IMG/VR virus record: IMGVR_UViG_2654587792_000017
Source: a virus
Taxonomy: Duplodnaviria; Heunggongvirae; Uroviricota; Caudoviricetes
DNA: 16,600 bases
Direction: 5' to 3' (one strand)
The notes under the pieces are model-generated. The model made no database searches and was not told the DNA's origin. It saw nothing but the letters and a program-made list of their open reading frames with translations. Positions within the stretch are counted from its first letter, which is position 1. Every line of letters begins with the position of its first letter. Shown piece after piece: positions 1-6,504 of the stretch. Both the position numbers and the translations under genes were made by a program.

Positions 1-2
1 TA

Positions 3-347
3 GGTATTTTTGACAAGAAACAGATTTACTACCGCATGGACTTTAGTGGCTTCGTTATGCTGGTTATGGGATTTAACGGGGCAAAAGCCGATGCTGTTAA
101 AGAAGCCTATATCAATGCGTTTAACTGGATGTCAGCAGAACTCCGTAAGTACAGCGAAAGTTATGAAGCAGAACGTAACGCCGTAATGCTGGAGTACATG
201 AAAGAGAAGGATGTCGCCAGCATGTCAGGCCGTCTGCTCAATCGCTGGGGGAGAACGAAAAAACCTCAATTGCTTGCAAAGCTGGAACGTCTGGAGAGAC
301 AGGGACAGTTTTTATTACCGGGATTCGATAAAGGTATTCAAGCCTGA
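3..347 (+). CDS. Phage protein, 5'-truncated by the window edge; possible C-terminal region of an antirepressor/Rha-type regulator
   Basis: The frame is open from position 3 with no in-frame stop, and the first ATG is at 36, so the gene most likely begins upstream of the window. The motif LVMGFNGAKADAVKEAYINAFNWM resembles, from memory, the C-terminal domain of phage antirepressor-type proteins. Functional assignment is tentative. Confidence 0.45.
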   Translation, partial: GIFDKKQIYYRMDFSGFVMLVMGFNGAKADAVKEAYINAFNWMSAELRKYSESYEAERNAVMLEYMKEKDVASMSGRLLNRWGRTKKPQLLAKLERLERQGQFLLPGFDKGIQA

Positions 348-645
348 CACATTATGCGCTGTATCGTCGCCGTATTCCCGCATTAACCATGACCGTAGCC
401 CGACAGGGAGACTCCTCTGCGCGAGTGTGCGGGGATAATCAAAAACGATACACACCGGGGTTTACCGCGTTAACGGAGCGCGGCGTTGTCCCCTCATGGT
501 CGCTGGTTCGGTGCGATGGTGGAAGAAACCGGACGATGTGTTACCTCGCAAGACCTGTTATGTCATGTGTCTGATTTGTGATTTAAGTCGGATAATTGTC
601 GTTGCCATTAAGCAGAGGATTGATGGCCGACAGGGTGGCATTGTT

Positions 646-662
646 AGAATAAGACTTATTCT
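646..662. promoter_or_regulatory. Perfect 17-bp palindrome (AGAATAAG-A-CTTATTCT) just upstream of the lipoprotein gene; candidate operator
   Basis: Direct reading: agaataag at 646-653 and its reverse complement cttattct at 655-662, about 20 bp before the lipoprotein start region. A possible -35-like ttgtta lies at 640-645. Confidence 0.3.
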
Positions 663-682
663 TATCTGTGCCGGGAATGAAA

Positions 683-1009
683 ATGAAAAGAAATCTTCCG
701 TTAATTATTTTGTTGTCTTCTCTGGTTATGGGCTGTACGCAACATAAAACAGATATGCCCCGACAGTTGGTTAAGGCATTACCACAATATCCGGCCTATG
801 CAGCGGCAAATTATATAAAGGGACGGGTTGATGTGAAGTTTGATATTGGTGCTGATGGTACTGTCACCCGAATTGAGTTTATCCGTTCAGAGCCGCACCA
901 TCTGTTTGATGAGCAGGTTGTAAAGGCGATGGCAAAATGGCGATTTGAGAAGGACAGGCCGCGTAAAGGCGTGAAGAAAACGTTTATCTTTAGTCCTTCT
1001 GCACCCTGA
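683..1009 (+). CDS. Lipoprotein with TonB C-terminal-like domain (moron-type accessory gene)
   Basis: ORF 668..1009 (GTG at 668; ATG at 677 and 683). ATG 683 has GGGAA 5-6 nt upstream. The N-terminus MKRNLPLIILLSSLVMGC is a signal peptide ending in a lipobox-like VMGC. The remainder (YPAYAAANYIKGRVDVKFDIGADGTVTRIEF...FDEQVVKAMAKWRFEK) matches the TonB C-terminal domain pattern. The gene is visibly AT-richer than the flanking structural genes. Confidence 0.7.
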   Translation: MKRNLPLIILLSSLVMGCTQHKTDMPRQLVKALPQYPAYAAANYIKGRVDVKFDIGADGTVTRIEFIRSEPHHLFDEQVVKAMAKWRFEKDRPRKGVKKTFIFSPSAP

Positions 1010-1140
1010 TTATTTCATCAGAAATTAATTATCACTCTGTTGTTATTCTGTACATTCCGGCTGGGTAAGTCTTGTTCCGCCGGGTATGAAGATGAAATAT
1101 TGTTGGAGGACAGTGGGTACCTGCTCCTGTAACCGAACGT

Positions 1141-1341
1141 TCATTTCTCGTTATTTGTCATGCTGGCCGGACGCAGATGCGTTGCATCTGTTGCCAGCCT
1201 TCTCCTGCAGGCTTCAATAACCCACGCTGAAAAGTTACCGGAACCTTTATGTTCAAGGGCGATATTGATCTGTTCAATCATGTGATTGGGGAAACGGATA
1301 TTGCGGATTGTGGTTCTGCGGGTCCGGTTTTTCGATGACAT
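1141..1341 (-). CDS. Small YlcI/YnfO-family (DUF3950-like) prophage protein
   Basis: 66-aa ORF on the minus strand with a GAGGAAAG Shine-Dalgarno 6-7 nt upstream of its ATG (reverse complement of plus-strand 1345-1352). The sequence MSSKNRTRRTTIRNIRFPNHMIEQINIALEHKGSGNFSAWVIEACRRRL resembles, by recollection, small proteins found upstream of the terminase in E. coli cryptic prophages (YlcI/YnfO). Confidence 0.6.
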   Translation of the reverse strand: MSSKNRTRRTTIRNIRFPNHMIEQINIALEHKGSGNFSAWVIEACRRRLATDATHLRPASMTNNEK

Positions 1342-1382
1342 TTTCTTTCCTCTGGTGACAAGCTATATGGAGAGGATTTTAC

Positions 1383-1748
1383 ATGGCTGTGCTTCGTACG
1401 TTACCGGGCAGAATCAAAACTCTGAACACCCGGCGGGTGAATGTCCTGAAGGGTGAACAGCGTCGGGTCAGTGGTAGTGCCCGGGTTTCCCTCAAGCGTC
1501 GTATCTGGCTGAGGGATGCCGGACAGTGCTGTCTCTGTGGGCGTGTGGTTGACCTTTGTGACAGTGAACTTGAGCACCGCATTGCACTTCAGTTCGGTGG
1601 TGGTAATGAGGAGACGAATCTCTGGACGCTCTGTACCGAATGCCATCGACAAAAGTCTGCTCGTGAAGCGGCGAGTGGTATGCCAGACCCGACGCTGCCG
1701 GAGGTGTCCGGAGGTAGTGGCAGAGCGGACGACATCATCGGACTGTAA
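1383..1748 (+). CDS. HNH endonuclease (packaging-associated)
   Basis: 121 aa with a Cys-rich HNH motif: CCLCGR...CDSELEHRIALQFGG...NLWTLCTECHRQK. GGAGAGGA Shine-Dalgarno 8 nt before the ATG. It sits immediately upstream of the putative cos and terminase small subunit, as in HK97-like phages. Confidence 0.85.
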   Translation: MAVLRTLPGRIKTLNTRRVNVLKGEQRRVSGSARVSLKRRIWLRDAGQCCLCGRVVDLCDSELEHRIALQFGGGNEETNLWTLCTECHRQKSAREAASGMPDPTLPEVSGGSGRADDIIGL

Positions 1749-1756
1749 CCCGACCC

Positions 1757-1809
1757 GGGGGGGGGTATCATCCGGCGTAAAAAAAGATCGCTTTGGACAC
1801 CGCCCCCCC
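1757..1809. other. G9 and C7 homopolymer tracts flanking a ~37 bp spacer; candidate cosN/cos-cleavage region
   Basis: Direct reading: nine G at 1757-1765 and seven C at 1803-1809, with an A7 tract between them, in the non-coding gap between the HNH gene and terS. The position is consistent with a cos site. This is inference only. Confidence 0.3.
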
Positions 1810-1840
1810 TCTCACGCAGAGAAAAAATTCCCGTTTCAGG

Positions 1841-1968
1841 GCAGTTAACATGTTAACTGGCTGTCCGGGCATTTTTGCGGTTTTTATCTTTATTATTCAG
1901 TTTGTTGTGCGGAAAAAATGTTAACTGGCTTTTTCAGCAAATGTTAACCAGGCAGCAGTTAACATTTG
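1841..1968. promoter_or_regulatory. Cluster of GTTAAC-centred direct and inverted repeats with A/T tracts; candidate cosB-like terminase small-subunit binding sites
   Basis: Five GTTAAC hexamers in about 125 bp. GTTAACATGTTAAC at 1844-1857; the 13-mer ATGTTAACTGGCT repeated exactly at 1850-1862 and 1918-1930; a perfect inverted repeat AAATGTTAAC (1939-1948) / GTTAACATTT (1958-1967) with a 9-bp spacer; phased T/A tracts between them. It lies immediately upstream of terS. Confidence 0.5.
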
Positions 1969-2039
1969 CGGCATGAGACGCCGGGAAAAATGGGCTGAAC
2001 CATACCCGGCTGAGTGCGTTCTGGACCCGGGAGGAGGCT

Positions 2040-2579
2040 GTGCTGACAACGCAAAAACGAAAATTTGCGCTGGCGCTCATGTCCGGGAAAAACAAAACAG
2101 CGTCAGCCATTGCCGCTGGTTATTCGGCGAAGACCGCCAGGGTTAAAGGCTCGCAGCTGGCAAAAGATCCGGAGGTGCTTGCGTTTATAGCCCGTAAACA
2201 ATGCGAGACGGTGGAGGTGGATGAGGTTCCTGTTTACCGGCAGAAAAAATCAGAGCAGGAGGATAAACCCCGTCGCCGTGAGGCGGCTGCAATACCACAG
2301 CCGGACGAAAACAATCCGGAGATGCCACCGTCCGCGGTGATGTCTCCTGGTATTGAATATATGGAGGATGGTCTTCCCGATCCGGTGAAAGCGATGGGGC
2401 GTCTTCTGGTGGAGAACATTAATACCGACCCCAGGCTGGCGCAGTTCACGCACCATAAAAAAGGGGATGCCGGTAAAAAATCGGCAAAAGGTGACGCGGC
2501 GAAAAAAGCGGCTAACCGTTTTGCGGTGCCACCACCACCCCGCCTGGTGGTGAATAATGATAATGAGGGCAACGGATGA
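2040..2579 (+). CDS. Terminase small subunit
   Basis: 179 aa, GTG start with GGGAGGAGG Shine-Dalgarno. N-terminal helix-turn-helix-like region MLTTQKRKFALALMSGKNKTASAIAAGYSAKTARVKGSQLAKDPEVLAFI typical of P27/HK97-type small terminase subunits, with a low-complexity C-terminal tail. The stop overlaps the terL start (ATGA). Confidence 0.85.
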   Translation: MLTTQKRKFALALMSGKNKTASAIAAGYSAKTARVKGSQLAKDPEVLAFIARKQCETVEVDEVPVYRQKKSEQEDKPRRREAAAIPQPDENNPEMPPSAVMSPGIEYMEDGLPDPVKAMGRLLVENINTDPRLAQFTHHKKGDAGKKSAKGDAAKKAANRFAVPPPPRLVVNNDNEGNG

Positions 2580-4237
2580 TACCTGTGTGGAGCACGGCCT
2601 GCCCGGACTGGGCAGAGCGCCTGAAAAAGGGGCTGTCGATTATTCCGGCTCCGATTTATCCGGACCAGGCTGCACATGCACTGGCGATTTTTAAACAACT
2701 GCGAATTGTGGATGCACCGGGTAGCCCGACATTCGGGGAGTCCTGTGCACCGTGGGTGTTTGACCTGGTGGCGGCCCTGTTTGGCTCCTACGATGCGCAG
2801 ACCGGTGTTCGCCATATCAAGGAAGTGTTTATCCTTATCCCCAAGAAAAACAGTAAGTCCACGCTGGCTGCGGGGATCATGATGACGGCGCTGTTACTGA
2901 ACTGGCGGCAGGCGGCGGGCTACACCATTCTGGCCCCGACCGTGGAGGTGGCGGCTAACGCCTTCAACCCTGCCAGGGATATGGTACGACGGGACGATGA
3001 TCTGGATGACCTCTGTCAGGTGCAGACACATATCCGGACCATCACCCATCGGGTGACGGACACCACCCTGAAGGTGGTGGCAGCCGATCCGAATACGGTG
3101 TCCGGTATCAAGTCCGTGGGGACACTGATTGATGAACTGTGGCTGTTTGGCAAGCAGTACAAGGCGGAAGACATGCTACGTGAAGCCATCGGCGGGCTTG
3201 CCTCCCGTCCGGAAGGGTTTGTGGTGTATACGACCACCCAGTCGAATGAACCGCCCGCCGGGGTGTTCAGACAGAAACTGCAGTATGCCCGGGATGTCCG
3301 TGACGGCAAAATTCATGATCCGCACTTTCTGCCGGTGATTTTTGAGCATCCTCCTGAAATGGTGGAAAGCGGGGCTCACCTGCTGATGGAAAACCTCGCC
3401 ATGGTTAACCCGAATCTCGGTTATTCGGTGGATGAGGCCTTTCTGTACCGGGAGTACCGTAAAGCCCGGGAGGCTGGTGAGGAAGCATTTCGTGGCTTCA
3501 TGTCAAAACACGCCAATGTGGAAATCGGTCTTGCCCTGCGTTCTGACCGCTGGGCGGGCGCGGATTTCTGGGAGCAGCAGGGCAGGCGCGTCAGCCTGGA
3601 CGATATCCTGCAGCGCGCTGATGTGGTGACGGTGGGGATTGACGGCGGGGGCCTGGATGATCTGCTGGGAATGTACGTGACTGGCCGTGACAGGGAAACC
3701 CGCGAATGGCTGGGCTGGGGCCATGCCTGGGTGCATGAAACCGCGGTGGTCAGACGGAAGAGTGAGGCATCCCGGTTTCAGGATTTTGTGGCCTGTGGAG
3801 ACATGACGATTGTCCGTCGGGTCGGGGATGACACGGCGGAAGTGGCGGAGTATGTGCGTCGTATTCATGAGGCTGAGTTACTGGATCATATCGGTATTGA
3901 CCCGTCAGGTGTGGGGCAGATTCTGGATTCACTGGCGGAAGCCGGGATCCCCGATGAGAGTGTGGTGGGGATAAGCCAGGGCTGGAAGCTGGGCGGGGCC
4001 ATCAAAACCACCGAGCGCAAACTGGCTGAAGGGGTGCTGATTCACGGTGATCAGCCCCTGATGGCCTGGTGTGTCGGTAATGCCCGGGTGGAGCCTAAAG
4101 GTAACGCCATTCTTATCACCAAACAGGCCAGCGGACGGGGAAAAATTGACCCGCTGATGGCGCTGTTCAATGCGGTCTCCCTGATGTCCCTTAACCCGGA
4201 ACCGAAAAAGAAAGAATATGCGGTTTTTTTCATATAA
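2576..4237 (+). CDS. Terminase large subunit
   Basis: 553 aa with a Walker A-like ATPase motif (LIPKKNSKSTLAAG) and a C-terminal nuclease-like region. Start overlaps the terS stop. The size and position fit an HK97-family TerL. Confidence 0.92.
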   Translation: MIPVWSTACPDWAERLKKGLSIIPAPIYPDQAAHALAIFKQLRIVDAPGSPTFGESCAPWVFDLVAALFGSYDAQTGVRHIKEVFILIPKKNSKSTLAAGIMMTALLLNWRQAAGYTILAPTVEVAANAFNPARDMVRRDDDLDDLCQVQTHIRTITHRVTDTTLKVVAADPNTVSGIKSVGTLIDELWLFGKQYKAEDMLREAIGGLASRPEGFVVYTTTQSNEPPAGVFRQKLQYARDVRDGKIHDPHFLPVIFEHPPEMVESGAHLLMENLAMVNPNLGYSVDEAFLYREYRKAREAGEEAFRGFMSKHANVEIGLALRSDRWAGADFWEQQGRRVSLDDILQRADVVTVGIDGGGLDDLLGMYVTGRDRETREWLGWGHAWVHETAVVRRKSEASRFQDFVACGDMTIVRRVGDDTAEVAEYVRRIHEAELLDHIGIDPSGVGQILDSLAEAGIPDESVVGISQGWKLGGAIKTTERKLAEGVLIHGDQPLMAWCVGNARVEPKGNAILITKQASGRGKIDPLMALFNAVSLMSLNPEPKKKEYAVFFI

Positions 4238-4263
4238 CCCTGTTCACACTGTAACCATCACGA

Positions 4264-4283
4264 ACCGCTGCGGCGGTTTTTTT
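4264..4283 (+). terminator. Intrinsic terminator-like hairpin (ACCGC-TGCG-GCGGT followed by T7)
   Basis: 5-bp GC-rich stem at 4264-4268 and 4273-4277, a 4-nt loop, then a T-run at 4277-4283. It follows the terL stop directly. Confidence 0.5.
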
Positions 4284-4300
4284 ATTTTCAGGAGGCTGAT

Positions 4301-6238
4301 GTGACTCTTAAACGGGCCTGTTCCCTGCTGACGGTGAAATCCTTCAGCGAGGATGAACGGGTGATCACCGGGATTGCGTCAACGCCTTCTCCGGATCGGG
4401 ATGGTGACATCCTGGAGCCGGAGGGCGCGGAGTTTGGCAGTGCGATCCCGTTTCTCTGGCAGCATGACCATTCCCGCCCGGTGGGGCAGTGTACGGTACG
4501 CCGGGTCAGCGAAGGGCTGGAAATCACGGCAACACTGGTGAAGCCCGTACCGGATATGCCGTCGCAACTGGCTGCCCGGCTGGATGAGGTCTGGGCGGCC
4601 ATTAAGACCGGGCTGGTCAGGGGGCTGTCCGTGGGCTTCCGTCCCCATGAATACACCTTTCTGGACGGAGGCGGACTGCATTTTCTGCGCTGGGAACTGA
4701 TGGAGGTGTCTGCCGTCACCGTGCCCGCGAATGCGGAATGCACCATCCGGACCATTAAATCTTACGACCGCCCGTTTTCTGCCGCGTCCGGCAACCGGAA
4801 ACCGGTGGTGAAAATCGCATCTTCTGCCGGCGCTTCGGCACAGTCAATAACCTCTTTTCATAAGGAAAAGTCAGCAATGAATACTGGTGAACAGATTAAA
4901 AGTTTTGAAAACAAGCGTGCGGCGCTGGCAGCCTCCCTTGAGGAGATCATGAACAAAGCCGCAGAGGAAGGCCGCACACTGGATGTGGAAGAGGAAGAGC
5001 ACTACGACAACACCGCAGCGGAAATCCGTCAGGTGGATGCGCACCTGAAGCGTCTGCGTGAACTGGAAACCAGTAAGGCCGCCACGGCACAGCCGGTGAA
5101 ACAGGCCGGTAACGGGAATGTGGCCACGGTGGCTTCAGCGCCGGTGATCCGTGTTGAGCAGAAACTGGAGAAGGGGATTGGTTTCGCCCGCTTTGCCAAA
5201 TCACTGGCTGCGGCTAAAGGCGTCCGATCTGAAGCCCTGGAAGTGGCCCGTCGTCAGTATCCGGATGACAGTCGTCTGCATCATGTCCTGAAATCGGCAG
5301 TGGGCGCGGGGACCACCACGGATCCGCAGTGGGCAGGCAGCCTGTCTGAATATCAGGAATACGCACAGGACTTTATTGATTACCTGCGTCCGCAGACCAT
5401 TATCGGGCGATTTGGTCAGGGCGGGATCCCTGCACTTCGTCAGGTGCCGTTCAATATCCGTGTGCACGCCCAGGTGTCCGGCGGTGCTGCCGGCTGGGTG
5501 GGTGAGGGTAAGGCAAAACCCCTGACGAAGTTTGATTTTGAATCCATCACCTTCAGTCATGCGAAGGTGTCGGCCATTGCGGTACTGACGGAAGAATTGA
5601 TCCGTTTTTCCAGTCCGGCTGCTGATGCACTGGTCCGTAATGCGCTGGCGGAAGCGGTGGTGGCGCGTCTGGATACAGACTTTGTGGACCCGAAAAAAGC
5701 CGCAGTGGCAGATGTCTCCCCGGCGTCCATCACCCATGATGTGAAGGGCACGGCATCAACCGGTAACCCGGATGCGGATGCAGAGGCTGCGTTTGGACAG
5801 TTTGTGGCAGCAAACCTGCAGCCCACCGGTGCGGTCTGGCTGATGTCCAGCACCAATGCCCTGGCACTGTCCATGCGTAAAAATGCGCTGGGTCAGAAGG
5901 AATACCCGGACATGACCCTGCTGGGTGGCTCCTTCCAGGGGCTGCCGGTGATTGTCTCCCAGTACGTGGGTGACCAGCTGGTGCTGGTGAATGCCCCGGA
6001 TATTTATCTGGCGGATGACGGAGGCGTGGCAGTGGATATGTCCCGCGAGGCATCACTGGAAATGCAGTCTGAGCCGACCGGCGACAGTACCACGCCGTCC
6101 CCGGTGGAGCTGGTTTCCATGTTCCAGACAGGCAGCGTGGCCATCCGTGCGGAGCGCTGGATCAACTGGCGTCGTCGCCGTACCGCGGCGGTGGCGGTGA
6201 TCACCGGAGTGAACTACGGCAGTGCGTCCGGCGGCTGA
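4301..6238 (+). CDS. Prohead protease / scaffold / major capsid protein fusion (HK97-fold)
   Basis: 645 aa, GTG start with CAGGAGG Shine-Dalgarno. Residues ~1-160 carry HK97 gp4-type prohead protease motifs (GIASTPSPDRDGD, WQHDHSRPVGQ, GLSVGFRP, LMEVSAVTVPAN). Residues ~190-260 are charged and coiled-coil-like (delta/scaffold-like). The C-terminal ~380 aa look like an HK97-type major capsid protein. No stop codon separates the protease from the capsid part. Confidence 0.85.
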   Translation: MTLKRACSLLTVKSFSEDERVITGIASTPSPDRDGDILEPEGAEFGSAIPFLWQHDHSRPVGQCTVRRVSEGLEITATLVKPVPDMPSQLAARLDEVWAAIKTGLVRGLSVGFRPHEYTFLDGGGLHFLRWELMEVSAVTVPANAECTIRTIKSYDRPFSAASGNRKPVVKIASSAGASAQSITSFHKEKSAMNTGEQIKSFENKRAALAASLEEIMNKAAEEGRTLDVEEEEHYDNTAAEIRQVDAHLKRLRELETSKAATAQPVKQAGNGNVATVASAPVIRVEQKLEKGIGFARFAKSLAAAKGVRSEALEVARRQYPDDSRLHHVLKSAVGAGTTTDPQWAGSLSEYQEYAQDFIDYLRPQTIIGRFGQGGIPALRQVPFNIRVHAQVSGGAAGWVGEGKAKPLTKFDFESITFSHAKVSAIAVLTEELIRFSSPAADALVRNALAEAVVARLDTDFVDPKKAAVADVSPASITHDVKGTASTGNPDADAEAAFGQFVAANLQPTGAVWLMSSTNALALSMRKNALGQKEYPDMTLLGGSFQGLPVIVSQYVGDQLVLVNAPDIYLADDGGVAVDMSREASLEMQSEPTGDSTTPSPVELVSMFQTGSVAIRAERWINWRRRRTAAVAVITGVNYGSASGG

Positions 6239-6254
6239 GTCTGATAAGGAGGAC

Positions 6255-6272
6255 GGGAGGCGTGCGCCTCCC
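6255..6272 (+). other. Perfect 8-bp GC-rich inverted repeat (GGGAGGCG-TG-CGCCTCCC) directly after the capsid stop
   Basis: Direct reading. It is preceded by a strong Shine-Dalgarno-like TAAGGAGG at 6245-6252 and has no T-run after it, so it looks like an RNA-stabilising or translational-control hairpin rather than a terminator. Confidence 0.35.
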
Positions 6273-6282
6273 GTAACAGGTC

Positions 6283-6504
6283 ATGGCAAAGATCCGATAT
6301 CTGCAGGGCACGCATGATGCCCGGGCCGGGGATATCCGTGATGTGGCACAGCCGTGTGCGGAGGTGCTGGTTCGCCTGGGAAAGGCGGAGTACATCACGG
6401 TGCGACGTCCGGCAGGTCAGAAAAAGAAACGTGATGCGGAGCATGGCGAATGTGGAACCTTTTACGGCGAACCCGAAAAAACCAGAAATCAGGACGTGAC
6501 GTAA
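6283..6504 (+). CDS. Hypothetical small protein (73 aa) between capsid and portal genes
   Basis: ORF in the 211-bp gap between capsid and portal. Its Shine-Dalgarno is weak and it overlaps the portal start by 55 nt. No recognisable motif. Uncertain. Confidence 0.3.
   Translation: MAKIRYLQGTHDARAGDIRDVAQPCAEVLVRLGKAEYITVRRPAGQKKKRDAEHGECGTFYGEPEKTRNQDVT

Noticed and set aside
500-520. Possible tRNA T-arm-like sequence (GGTTCGG) in the first intergenic region
   Set aside because: It does not match the GGTTCGAATCC-type T-loop, and I could not fold any cloverleaf with acceptor stem and anticodon arm around it.
211-747. Short overlapping plus-strand ORFs (211..438, 389..574, 496..747) in the first intergenic region
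   Set aside because: Mutually overlapping, without ribosome-binding sites, and with Cys/Arg-rich improbable translations. The region is more likely non-coding promoter or regulatory DNA for the lipoprotein moron.
1516-1848. 110-aa plus-strand ORF in an alternative frame overlapping the HNH gene
   Set aside because: The HNH frame has a clear Cys/His motif and a ribosome-binding site. This frame is an out-of-frame overlap that runs into the non-coding cos-like region.
2234-2815. 193-aa minus-strand ORF spanning the terS/terL junction
   Set aside because: Entirely antisense to two well-supported terminase genes in a GC-rich region; no start context; the protein is Arg/Cys-rich and looks spurious.
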